Shown piece by piece: positions 1 to 11,900 of a stretch of 64,000 nucleotides of DNA. Location: positions 1-64,000 of the forward strand of contig VJWM01000068.1 of assembly GCA_010909165.1 (NCBI GenBank), written 5' to 3'. The position numbers and the translations under genes were made by a program. Every line of letters starts with the position of its first letter. The first letter of the stretch is position 1. The stretch is from Anthoceros angustus. Taxonomy: Eukaryota > Plantae > Anthocerotophyta. The notes under the pieces were generated by a model, which had not been told where the DNA came from, did no database searches, and was given only the letters and a program-made list of their open reading frames with translations.

Positions 1-960
1 ATGGTCGACATCCAAGAAGGTAATGATCATTTACGCTGCCAAATCCATTTTCCGGTTGATGAATCCATGGCTAAAATGACTTTCCGAAAGCAATAGTAAA
101 GACCCAACAAACCTTAAATGGCGATCAAACAACAATGTTCCCACCCATGGGGATCCGGGATATGATGACAGTCAAGTTCAAATCCTCTCATTGAGATACG
201 AAAGATAGTTGAGAAAGGTAATACATTTCAATTATCGAATTGAATCTCCGTGAACATTTCTAACTCGATATCTTGTTACAAGATTAACGAGCACACTATG
301 TTCACATCAATGGACAAAAGGACTTGCAGCTCCTTTGCGTGTGCCCGCCTAAGGAAAAAATTAAAAGGTAAAGACTTGGTTCTCGCAACTGTAGGATCTA
401 TACGATCAGACCGCAACTCACTTTAGTTGTATATGGTTACGTGATTAAGAAGAATCTCCAACAATGCTCAATTAGAGTTGGAAACAATGACTGGGTCCGA
501 GGTTTAATGGACATGATCTCAATTCATCGATTTTGGAGGTAAACAACAACACTCAGATTATATGTATTTACATTAATAAATACTAATGTACACAGAGTCT
601 TTGAACAAGTTGCAAATTTAAGGAAATTAAGGAGAAAATTGAAGCAATGGATGACAAAATCAACAACATACCATCTCATCGTAATTGCTATTGTATGTTT
701 GTAATTAATAATTAGTATATTTGTAAGTAGTATATAACTCAATACTCGTTTTTTCAAAGGACAAAAGAGGAAAAAGAGTCAAGATAATGCACCAACGTAT
801 GGACCATCGAAGAATTTGTCGATTTTGGAAAATGGATGGATAACTTCTATCCACAAGTCTTCCAAGATTTTAAAATAGATATGTTCCCATTTGGGAACAT
901 AGCCTCAAAGATCCAGCCGATCCGAATGAAGATGGGTCGACAAAGAACCCTAGAGCAAGA
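1..960 (-). pseudogene. Degenerate F-box / F-box-associated-like coding remnant
   Basis: Manual minus-strand translation gives KILEDLWIEVIHPF (F-box-like), SCGLIV...LYLL and HCCLIAI*GLLGLYYCFRKVILAMDSSTGKW, with many in-frame stops. Confidence 0.3.
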
Positions 961-2367
961 CATGGAGATCCAAAAGTAAGTGTTATCGGTTTATATTGTT
1001 CTTAGTATAGTTTATTGAATATGTAGTACTAATGAAATTTTGTTTTGGTAATGTAGAAATATCGAGCCATTGAAAATAAGGAGCTAAAAACCATGACTTG
1101 TTGACTCGATGGAAGATCCGAAACTACAAAAACATTCAAAAGGTTAGTTCAGAACAATTTATATGTAAACAAGGAAAATTGATATTCGTATTTACCAAAT
1201 ATGCAAATTCTAACGTTGATACTTCTTTGCGTAACGCCCAATCACATTTCCGTAGTGTGGGAAATCTTCAGCCATTGCCTCACATTAGTGAGAAAGGTAT
1301 TTACCGAGCAAGATCTTCTTCGACTTGAAATGGAGGTAAAATATTAACGCTTTTTTGTTTGTAGTTATCAAGAATCAAAAGGAGTTGTTTGCACTATTTG
1401 AGGTTAGTATATCATATTTACATGGTGAAATTTAATATGTATATCCGACATTTACCATTGCTCGCAAATATTCCCGCTTGACGAAATTTTAAATGATTAA
1501 CTTTCTATCCGGACCGCATAATGAACAAAGAAAGAAGTATTATTCTCAAGACAGAGTGATCCGAAATCGCCGTACACCCCTTCAACGCCAAGAAGAAAGT
1601 TAAAAGATAAATCCCAAACCGAAAAGACAAACGAAAAGCGTGAAAGTGAAAACTCGCTAAAGTGAAAACTCGAAAGAGAGAGAAAAGACTTTAACGTGGT
1701 TGCACAAGGCAACAATTTAAAGATGCGCATGACCTACGCCCTGGGTCGAAGTGGTAGGCGCTGCCTCGCCCCCTACCGCCTTTACGCTGGAACGAACGTC
1801 GGGGGCGCACGCTCAGAACGGTCGCCTAACGGCTCGACTGCTTTCTACCGTGACGCCCAGCCCGCTCCTAATACATTCTCAACTGTCTCACCACCAGTGG
1901 GAACATTGTGGGACTGGTCATTGTCACCCCCTGAACCACCGGCTGCACCTACGGCATGGACTGCACCCCCTGAAGGAGAAGCAGGAGCAGAAGGTGGGAC
2001 AAAAGAATCCTGAGGAAAGTGAGAAGGAGCTTCATCATCAACATCAACCGGGGCCTCAAAATCAGTAGGTGGCATCGTGTAGTTGACAGTGTCAGCATTT
2101 TGCTTAGCAGGAGAAGTCATCTCCTTAAAAGTCACACTTCGAGCATAGAGAGAAGAATGAGAGGAGGGGTCATACAACTTGTAAGCCTTAGTCTCCTCAC
2201 CGTATCCAACAAAGATATAAGGCTTAGCTCGGTCCTGAAGCTTCTTGCGTTGCTCGGCGGTATGAAGGCATATCCGGAGAGCCGAAAACGCTAAGATGCA
2301 AAACCGGGTCGACGCGTTGCGACATTCTCATAAGGCGCGCGTCCTTCAACAAGACTTGTCGCCAGGT

Positions 2368-3195
2368 TCAGAATGTACGAGCCGTGACAATAGCCTCAAA
2401 TTTCAAAGAGGATTTGGCCAAACCTGACCAATCAATCATGCTTCTTGTCATATTAAGCAGAATCTGGTTTCGTCTCTCGGCGACTCCGTTCTGCTGTGGA
2501 GTATATGGGACAGTAAGCTGCCTCAAAATGCCTCTTTCAGCAAGATACTGGTTGAAAATGTTGCTGACATATTCAGTGCCATTGTCGGATCGAAGACAGC
2601 GGAGGAGTCTGCCTGTCTGACGTTCCACCATGGTAAGCCATTCTTGAAAGAGAGGAAACGTGTCTGATTTGCGTTTCATAGGATAGGTCCAGCTATATCT
2701 ACTATAGTCGTCTGTGATTGTGAGATAATAGAGGGCACCTCCTAATGATGGAACATGCAGCTTACCAGAAATATCCGAATGCACCAGGTCCAAAACGTTT
2801 GAGGAACGATAAGAAACTGTGGAAGGAAATGGAAGCTGCTTGTGTTTGGCAACAATACAGGAATCACATAATGGAAGTTCCTTAAAACAGCGAGGCAGAG
2901 GCTCCCTATAACATTCCAGGTTAGACATCTTTATCAACTTGTCTTGATTTGCATGTCCCAAACGAGCATGCCATAATTGTGCCAAAGCTGCTTGTGTCGT
3001 GGAAAGGACGAAAGCGCTCTTAGCGTGTTCACAGCATATGTTGAGCTTGTAGAGATCATGTTCAAGAATACCCCGAGCAATAATAGTATGTGGAAACGTC
3101 TTGAGCACAATGTGGCAATCAGCAGCAGAGGTAAAAGAAAGCTCATAACGCTCTAGCTTCATGAATTGACTAACCGAAAACAGATGCTTTGCCAT
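2368..3195 (-). CDS. Copia GAG-pre-integrase plus integrase core (rve) fragment
   Basis: LWHARLGH, CDSCIVAK, LDLVHSD, DDYSRYSW, LRSDNGTEY and YTPQQNGVAERRN motifs. Confidence 0.95.
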   Translation of the reverse strand: MAKHLFSVSQFMKLERYELSFTSAADCHIVLKTFPHTIIARGILEHDLYKLNICCEHAKSAFVLSTTQAALAQLWHARLGHANQDKLIKMSNLECYREPLPRCFKELPLCDSCIVAKHKQLPFPSTVSYRSSNVLDLVHSDISGKLHVPSLGGALYYLTITDDYSRYSWTYPMKRKSDTFPLFQEWLTMVERQTGRLLRCLRSDNGTEYVSNIFNQYLAERGILRQLTVPYTPQQNGVAERRNQILLNMTRSMIDWSGLAKSSLKFEAIVTARTF

Positions 3196-3239
3196 ACTCG
3201 GGACATATAGAACATTGTCCGTTGCGTAATGTAGTTGTC

Positions 3240-4446
3240 AAGAAGTCGAAATGAGCAAGACCCAACCAAGAATCTTCAAACTGTCCGTAAGTTCATCGCC
3301 CAACAAAGACCTTCTCTTTAGTTTGGAAAGGAATAAAGTTTAAGCAAGTCTCTATTGGCAAATATGGGATGTCCCCAATCCAAATACCAAGAGTCCGATT
3401 GGATGTGCCCTGCGACAGGCGGTGCGGTGAAGACAATCGCTTGCGAAGAAGAAGCCTGTGAGGGCTTGTCCTTGAAACACGCGCCTCAACCGCCCTAGGG
3501 GTCCTCTCGGCTCTCTTCTCCAACGTTTCTTCCGCACTCGGCTCCCAATGCCCCGAAGCCCACACCGCTGCGTGATCCGATGCTTTTGCTTGCCACGGCT
3601 TGGAAACACCAACTCGGTGAGTTCTTTCCTTTCCCAAATTGTCTGTTGCTTTTGGTGAACAAGACTCTGTCAGTCTTAGTCTTGGCAGAGTGTGTATTAC
3701 TCCGACTTTGTTCTTCTTGGAATAGAGCGCCAATTACATCAGTGAGTAAAATGCGGGGTTGTTTGCCTGCAGCCACAGCCTTGGTCGCAGAGGGAAGCAC
3801 CGTAGCTGGATACAAAAGGTTGATAGCTCGAAGGCAAACTAGTGAGCAGTTGAGCAACAGCATCAAGCTCGCTCATTGTGGAGCCCAGGGATATCAACTG
3901 TGAACGAAGATGCCTGAACTTCCCCACGAATGCGGCTACCCGATCTCCATCTCTCATTCGCAAAGAGAACAACTCACTCCTCACAGCACATAGAGTAAGA
4001 ATATTCTTCACATCATATGTCTGTGAGAGTTGTGTCCAGATCTCCTCTGCTTTGTTGAGATAGGCAACATCAGGTACCAGAACTTCATCTAATCCACTGA
4101 TGAGGAGGGCACGTGCGACATTGTTAGCATTCATCCACTTGTCCTTCTCATCCTGGGTGGCTGTGGCTGCAGGTTCTGCATGAACTCCACTAACGACTCC
4201 CCACACATGCCGAGCATCAAGTGCAGCGCGCATCCGTACGCTCCACACTTGATATTTATTCCCGTTGAACCTATCTCGTTCCTTGAATTCTATTGTGTAG
4301 GAGGGTTGATAGGTAGGAGGAGAAGGAAGTGGAGGTATAGGTGATGGAGCAGGGGGTGTGGGGTATAGTACGCCACCACCCAAGCCGCTACCACCACTCC
4401 AACCGCCGACGCCACGAGCCCTCACGCCAGAGCCCCCGCTCGCCAT
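3240..4446 (-). CDS. Copia gag (DUF4219/UBN2-like) and protease region, frameshifted
   Basis: ORF 3739-4446: RFNGNKYQVWSVRMRAALDARHVWGVVSG...LFSLRMRDGDRV...LLTSLPSSYQPFV. It continues through frameshifts to KVFVG and VLYVP. Confidence 0.9.
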
Positions 4447-5406
4447 GCTTCAAAGGTGATGAAGGAGGCTAAGAGGCAACAGCGATCGGAAAGTGCAATG
4501 TGCCCAGCACCGACCCGCCCACAGAGTCAGCACTTTGAAACGACGCCACTGCTCGCAATTTTGACATGTTTCAAATTGGGCGCTGATGCCAAATTGCTCA
4601 TGCCGTTCAAATCTTGTTTCAGAGGCGATGCTGACAGATCCCAACCCAAGATGAGATCAAAGCAAAGTGGATCTCGAGTCTCGACTCGAGGAAGCCACAT
4701 AATCTTGTCGCATGATCTCCCGGATGAGCAGCGCTCTCTCAAGTAGAAATCGCCTGTCTGGGTCATGTCGATTTGTGCCACCAGAGTTTGGAGATCTTTG
4801 AGCTGCACAATCGCACAAGTCTGATTTTGGATTGGGCGCAGATCTTGGTGACAGGTACAGCCTGAAATGCTCGCTCGTTTGTATTTGTCGCCCCAGAGCC
4901 GGATGAGTGAACCGACACGGTCGGCCTTCCTTTGAGTGTCTGCAGGAGCCTGCAATGGGGTTTGATGCCTCGATAAAATTCTGCTTCTCAACGCGATGTT
5001 CCGTGGAAGAACGGATGACTGATTGGCGTGCCTAGGCATCTTGATGGCGCACAACACCGCCTTCGATCTTGCAAGCATTGCGCTCCACATAGTACGCAAT
5101 GAAATATATAGAATCTAAGCATGCTGCATCACTGTCTCGATGATGTGTCTTGTCTGCTTGTATCTAGAACTAACGGTAATGCAGTGACGTGTGACTACGC
5201 ACACTCATCCCCGCACTCCATTTGCATGTGTGCAAGATTTTTTTAAGTTTGGTCATGCATCTATGCATACATCTAGAAAACAAAAGATAGCCTATATGCC
5301 ATGTAGATAGAGAGCCTTCCTCGAGCACATGATCCACGCCTCACGGAAAGTGAGTATTGAATGATGTGCTCATTCGACTGCTTCTCTATCATCATAGTAA
5401 CCTAGC

Positions 5407-5418
5407 GCTCTGATACCA
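5407..5418 (-). promoter_or_regulatory. Primer-binding site complementary to the tRNA-iMet 3' end
   Basis: Plus strand gctctgatacca = minus strand TGGTATCAGAGC, directly after the LTR. Confidence 0.92.
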
Positions 5419-5610
5419 TCACAAGGTTTTGAGGAGCAGAGCAAGCGAGAGACTTGAAGAAAGATTTGTAGAACAAGTAAAACAATTAATGTCAAAAGAT
5501 GTCTTATATACAAAATTGTATGTAACCTATGTAACTCTTCATTTAAGTATAAGTTAGATATTCTAAGTGACGTGGTTACTAGTTAACCCTAACCGGTTAC
5601 GGATTCAACA
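5419..5610 (-). repeat. 5' LTR of the copia element (~190 bp)
   Basis: Begins TGTTGAA on the minus strand, contains TATATAA and abuts the PBS. The 3' end reads TGA rather than the canonical CA. Confidence 0.8.
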
Positions 5611-6100
5611 TCGAACCTCACATGGAGTCCCCAAAGTGCCAAGTTGAGCACGCAGATCAAACTTGCTCACATGAGTAGCAACACCGCTTAAGGTCGCATT
5701 TTTAAAGAATAAAATTCATTGCGAACCGTGACCAATGTCATTACGCTGGTGGATTGGTAAATATCCGTGATCCGCCTCAAGCTTCGGCCGAGGTGAGGGC
5801 ACCATCGGTGTGATGGAGAGTGACTTCGCCCGTGCCGAAATAAGCATGTGCATAGCCTATCTGTCTTGCCTTGTCCATGAGTCGAGAGCGGGTGAAGGTC
5901 CAGGTGGTTTCTGGAGAGAGCCATCAACGATGGCAAGAAGATCTCGAGTATTTAGAGCAATCTTCATCCGCTTAGACCAAACTTCAAACTTGGTGTCAAA
6001 GCGGTCTTTCTCCTTAAAATCCGTACTCACATTCATAACATTAATGATTGGAGCAGGAGGAGAAGGTGCGTGTTGGTGTGGAGGAGAGTAGCCATCTTGA
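5611..6100 (-). mobile_element. Older copia gag remnant, interrupted by the first element's LTR
   Basis: FKEKDRFDTKFEVWSKRMKIALNTRDLLAIVDGS, then GVATHVSKFDLRAQLGTLG, which parallels RVAAFVGKFRHLRSQLISLG in the neighbouring gag. The match stops exactly at 5611. Confidence 0.8.
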
Positions 6101-8499
6101 AAACTTGTGATTATTGATGAAAGTCGACTTTGTGTTATGACGCAAAACCAAGAATTCGCATCAATAAGCTTGTAAATGTAAATAGAGATGTACTCACAAT
6201 AACCGCACCACACTCACAACACGGGCTCGAGGGCCCAAAATCAAGTTCGGTGTTAATGTGATTCAGAATCAAAAGTGGATTCGATTCGAACTGTCAGAAT
6301 GTAAACCAAAATTGGTGTTGATTTGTGTGATTGAATGCGAGAGCTTGATCATGGGTACGCTTGCTCTGTCAGAACTCTTGCTTGTGCCTCACCAAGTTTG
6401 TACTCCTTGTAGGTCTCTCCGATTCTAAAACAGAGTGAGTTCCTCCGCTTGATCTCGGATGTCAAACACGGAAGAGCATCACTTGTACAAAGACTTGTGG
6501 TGGGGGCACACAGATAGCAAGTAGTCTCCGTGGAGGAAAGCTGATCACCACCAAGCAACGAATTGTGGTATTGGCGAGGCTCGACACGAGGTTAGCTTGC
6601 AAGGTGTTACTTCATAAAGCAAAGTGCTTGAACCTGCAACGTGGCCGAGAAATTGAGCTTGGGGAGAGCCGTGGGGATCCTTTGTCGAGCGAACGGGTAC
6701 GTCCGGCGAGTGAGGAGGCACAACCGGTGAAGGAAAAGGTGCACGTTGAGTCTAACGGCACCACGTTAACGGGTGCCTAAAATTATTTTAGGGGCACCGT
6801 TTCATACTGGCGTTTCATACCGGCCAACTTAAAATATTTTAAGTTGGCTCAAAGTGCTGCGAACCCGCAAGCGGGGCTTGATTCGCGCGGTGGAGAGGAA
6901 GGGGCGCGCGCGCCCGGATCCGATCGGCGCGCGGCGGCGACGATCTGGTGGGATCTGGCGCCACAGGATGGCGCCCCTCCCGCCCAACGCGCTGGCCGAT
7001 TCCGCTCGCAACCGCCTCCTAGATCCATGCAAAGAGAAATCCAAAATGCCGTTGTCCTCGCACACAAATCCTTGGGATTGGCTCAAATTGGAATTGGAGG
7101 CAGAGGAGGGCGCCCATTCTCATGATCGCTAGAGGCGATCTCCACACCATCGGAGCAAGTCGAGTCGCAATCGACCATGATGGGTCGGCGCCTTTGAATG
7201 CGAGAATTTGTCCGATCTCGAGGTGAAAAGATCTCACGATAGATCGTGAGATCGTATGTAGGCCTCTCCTCGCTCTTGCAGCAAAATTGTGAGTACATCC
7301 GCTAGAGGATCCGAGGTTGAGCATGCATCCGGGAGCGAAACCAATCCAAAACCACGTGTTGGAATTCGATTTGATGCTCGCCCACGATGCTTGCTCATGC
7401 CTCTCCGAGCCTCAAAAGACTTCCTCCGGCCTCTCATCAAGTTTTGCGTCCATGCTTGACCCATAGTTCTTGTGCTTGAAGATTAAGAGGCTAAAAGCAA
7501 AAGCAAAAGTAGGCGATTGCTTAGAAGAATGTAAGAAAAATGATGCTATTCTTAAGCAAAATTAACCTATAAAGGCCCAATGACTAGGCCTTATAGAATC
7601 ACAAGAACTAGAAGGGTGGCTAGATTCCATAACCAATCAATTTAGAAAAATTGGTTTGGTTTGATGGAAAATTGAACTAATGAAAATAATCAATAAAGTA
7701 GCTATGATAATTACTTTACTTAGAAAGTTCTAAGCTAATTATTTTCACTTAGCAATGGTATGATGGGCAACATGAGTTTCTACATGTAAAACTAGCGGAT
7801 GTCGTGATGCATGATAGTTCACATCGGAAATGCATATCAAAATGCATTTTCATCAACTAAAATTGGGTATGAGGTTGCTAGCTTATCTTCCTAAGTTGAT
7901 TAGGGAAGAAAATAAGCAACAAAGCCATTGAAATATCACATGGCTCGATACCAAGTTAGAGATGCATATGAAGCCGCCTTGCATCAAGTAGATGCTTTAT
8001 TAACAATGAATATGTTTAGTTCATAGGTGGGCTTATAAAGGATGGTTACGGGGTGTGTCCTTTCACTAGCCTCGCTAGTTAACTAACTACCAACTAGCCG
8101 AGTCTAGTTTGACTAATCCACATTGGGTCCGGTCTAGTCGACCTTAACCAACGCGGGTCTCGCACTATTTCTAGCTCGCGCCCTCACGCCTTTCACCAGA
8201 GCCCACCGACGGAGGTGCGTAGTAGCGCCCGCCGGCGCCCGCCTCCACGCACCACCCGTCGGGGTTTATGGGTGCGGAGGGATGGCGCCGACGGGCCGGC
8301 CGCCTCCAGACCACCGTAGGCTCACCTAGTGTGGCGCGGATAGGGAGGGCGCCGCCGGGCGCCTCCTCCACGCCGCCTGCACTGAGGGCCTCTGAGGTGC
8401 AGAGGGTGAGAGGCAGCACCGCCGCCGGCCTCCCTCCAAGCTGCGTGCTCATTGTGGGACCTCCTTCCAGCACCTCTCGTGATGTGGCACTTCCATCGA

Positions 8500-11155
8500 A
8501 AATTCAGTAGGCTAACCTTAGAAGCAACCTTGGAATGAAGTCTAACCTTAGAAGCAAATGCCGTCTGAAATCGAGCTAGCATCTGGTTGGTCGAGTGTAG
8601 AGGGTACCCTCTACACTCGACCGAGTACCTACTCCTCCCGCACCTCCTCGAAGGACGCATAGCCTAAGTGCTTCGCCATCGCCACTTGGATAATATGGAA
8701 TTTTTTTCGTTGAGTGATATCGTCATCCATGCCCTTCAAATCTATGAGACCTGCCAAAACCTTCTACGTAGCTCTAATAAGGATCTGCGGCCCACATTCT
8801 CCAGAAGAAATTCCTTGGAATGATTTCCAAGGCTTCGCCAATACGTCCTTTATTTCACATATCCCAGATCAAGCTTCTTGGGGTCCCTCACCACTTCCGC
8901 TTTCCTTTGCTTTTTCGTTTATTCCACCAATTATAAAGGCTTTCTTCCGCTTCCGCAATTCCCCACTCCCACTTTGTGAATATCTTGTCCACATTTCTGC
9001 ATTTTCCTCCAATTAGTCTATGACAAGATATGGGTCCCTGCTGTCGACCTTGTTCGCGCCTAGACATCATTATCGCCTCACGTGTTCACACATCCCGAGT
9101 AAGACTCAAGAACTTTGTATAGGTTGAACTTCCAATGCCAGTCATCTCAGACACCGCCACGCTTAGCAATGATCAATTCATCTCTCAAATATCGCACCTG
9201 CTCTATGAAGTTCATCTTCCGCCGTTTATCTGACATTGTATTGTGGTCACTTGCTGTGACTTCTCATCTCCGCAGCAGGTAAGGCCAGCGAATACACATG
9301 AGCTTCAACGCATCGGAAACGCTTTTTCCTCGGAGAGATGTCTCGTGAAGATGCTTCATCGCATACGGTGGTTTCCACCCAAGACCCCATGACATATTTT
9401 TTGCTCAACCTTTGCCCAATCTTCTCTAACTCATCGTGACCGGCAGGATCAATCACTACATAGTAGTGGGAGCACGCTTCAATTTCGCCTTGGAGACAAC
9501 ACGAGCCAAGTAATTTGCCCATGCTTCATCCACCTCATGACCGCACGTCCGGTGAGGTAGGATGTCGCCCCCGAGGTTCTCCAGTTTTACAAGAACAGTT
9601 CCCATGACAACTTTCTTTGAGTATGCCGCTTCTCTGATGCGTGTCAATGGATCTTCATCGCGTACAGGCTTATGCTGTCTTTCCATCCTGCTGGACACGT
9701 GAACTCGCTGGAATGGCCTCTAGCTCTTCATCCATCTCGATTCTTTTTCTCCTTTTCGTCCTTGCCAGGTATTGGCCAAAAGCCGGTCATATCAAGGCCC
9801 CACCGCCCCACGGCATTTTCACTGCATCGGGCTTCCGCCTGGCCTCTCAAGATGCGCACGCCTCCACCATCTTCAATGGAGGACCCAGGAATAAGGCTTT
9901 CTGGCACGCCGCCTCCTCTTCCTCTAATGCGGCAATTGCTCGCCCTGCCCGCTGCTGCCCCCGCCTCAGGAGGGCGTGCCAGCCAGCCGGCGCAGGTTCG
10001 CCCTTCCTCCTTGGAACCTGGTGCTACCGGAGCTGTGAGGGGCGCCGGGCAGCCGCCGCCCATGCCCATCCTCTACTAGCACTGGCCGGAGGAGGGGATT
10101 CAGAGGCAGCGCCACGCCGGCACCCCTGCCCATCGTCCCCTTGGGGATCCTTCCCATGGCCTCGCTGCTGGCAACGCCGAGGCCGGAGAATGAGGGGAGA
10201 GGCGCCACGGGCCGGCCCTCCTCACGTCTATGTCATACCTAATGTTCGGACCCTCCTGCATGCCGAAAAGGCCATCTTCTTTCTTCCCTCGGGTCTGCTC
10301 TCCTCATCTGAGTGTCCAAGAACATCAGGAATGGGCCCGTTGTTGTCGTCCATAGGGCCTAGATCACTCCCATCTTGAAACTCGTCGATTTTCTCCTCTT
10401 CCCTTTCTTGCAGCTGAGCTCTTGTTCGTTGAAGAGACATGACTCGCCTGTGTTGGACTATAGTCTGAGTGATTTCGCATACGTATTCTTTTGATGAATG
10501 CGTCCCCATAACCGACATGCCCGAAATGCATACATCCCACCTGGGCCTCGGGACAAGAGACAGTTCAACACACAAGTAACAGTATGCCGTGTACAGTAGT
10601 CCATACCGTTTGCTCCTGTCGACACTCGCGGAACATGCCTACAAGCCTTGGGGGTTTGCATTTCTTTATGATGAGGTTGTTCAACCTCATATCGAATGCC
10701 CGGTACCCCTCTAGACTCTGCGGCACTGTATCAAAATCTTGTGGCCTGGTTACGCAAAGTAACTTGGCCACTGGGTCTCTTTCCGACATGTCCAAGGAAG
10801 CCCACAAAACACAACCCGCCCTTGCTCGTTGATTGGGGAGAGCATCTTTATACCCCATGATCCACAACTTGAACAGAGGTGTCCAGAACACGCTATTGTC
10901 CTCCGGCTCTGGCTCCTGAACCAATATCTAGTCTTTGTCTAGAAGCTCAACGGAATCCATTTGCGCGCCCAATCGTCTGATGTACACAGTCTCCTCAAAA
11001 CTGTATGGCGATGGGATTGGCACCACCTTCTTCCTGCCTTTCTTTGTCCTGTCAGCATGGACACCACCCTTTGTAGTGCTGGCTTTCGCTGTCGATTGAC
11101 TACTTGTCCACGTTTGCTTCCTTCCAGTTAGCTTGCCACAGTCTGCCATGTGCAT
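8500..11155 (-). pseudogene. Decayed ORF with a ParB/sulfiredoxin-like domain, probably from a mobile element
   Basis: Stitched frames: RTC..EVDEAWANYLARVV...YVVIDP...GVLGGNHR (9365-9379)...FRCVEAHVYSLALPAAEMRS..HNTMSDKRRKMNFIEQVRYLRDEL...VDKIFTKWEWG...KVLAGLIDLKGM...LGYASFEEVREE. An unassigned N-terminal ORF lies at 10228-11155. Confidence 0.55.
8589..8622. repeat. Perfect 34-bp palindrome
   Basis: ggtcgagtgtagagggtaccctctacactcgacc is its own reverse complement. Confidence 0.97.
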
Positions 11156-11609
11156 GTGCGATGGTCATGCACTGCTCTTCCCAGCCAAGATTCCAATGGG
11201 GCCCAAAGGCAATCCTTTTCCTCGGTGCATGTCCGTCGGGCCAGCTGGCTGCTTCCATATGCGAGGGGTTCTGGAACCCGCCTCCCTCGTCCTTCTTGCT
11301 TGTCCATTGCACCATCTTATGTTGCCGCTACTGCCATTACCGGCTCCTGGCGCCGCCCGTTGCTCGCCCTTCGCTCCTTCGCCTGCCGCCCGCGGCACTA
11401 CCGATACTACCTCGATGCGGCTTTGATATGACGTTAGGCGCCTGTTGGTCCTCGGCCGGCGGCGCTCGCCGCTGCCGCCTCCCGAGATCACCCCAGCCGC
11501 ACTGCTCGCAATGCAGCGCCTCCGCCCGGCTCCGCTGCTTGCCGGCCGCCTCAGCCGGGTCTGTCGCCCCTGGCGCCCGGCCGCTTTCTCCACGCCCGGC
11601 GTTCGCTTT

Positions 11610-11900
11610 CCGCCGCCCGGATACCCTTTACCGTTGCAGCCTGAGATGCAAGTGCCGCCGCTGGATACCCGCTTGCCGGATACCGCTGCCTGCCTTGGCT
11701 TGCCGCTGCCGGCGCCGCCGGATCCATTATCGCCCGGGATGTTAGCGCCGCCGCCCGGATACTGTGGCCATCGGATGTTGCCGTTGCGGCGCAACTGCAG
11801 CGCAGCTGCCGGATTCTGCTGCCGGATTAGCCGCCTGCCGCGGATCTGCGCGGATGCGGCTTGCTCCCTCTAGATGCCATCGCCGCTCCGCCGGATGCCT
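11610..11900. repeat. GC-rich array of ~12 (C/G)CGGAT-like motifs
   Basis: gcccggatac, gctggatac, gccggatac, gccggatcc, gcccggatac, gccggatt (x2), gcggatc, gcggatg, gccggatg. Confidence 0.65.

Larger units (their letters stand above)
1690..5610 (-). mobile_element. Ty1/copia LTR retrotransposon, 3'-truncated (5' LTR, PBS, gag, protease, integrase; no RT, RNase H or 3' LTR)
   Basis: LTR starts TGTTG at 5610; Met-PBS at 5407-5418; gag motif FKERDRFNGNKYQVWSVRM; protease motif NVLYVPSMAKHLFSVSQ; integrase core; post-integrase YDP...ARSVTFKE motif (1845-2177). No RT motifs downstream. Confidence 0.9.

Noticed and set aside
1500-1590. Possible PPT and 3' LTR start (minus strand ttgaagggg-TGTACGG)
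   Set aside because: The following sequence does not match the 5' LTR at 5419-5610.
4527-5099. 190-aa ORF in the copia leader
   Set aside because: No recognisable motif; likely a chance ORF in the 5' leader.
8040-8180. CTAG-rich stretch as a Helitron 3' end
   Set aside because: No convincing GC-rich hairpin at the expected distance and no matching 5' TC end or Rep/helicase sequence.
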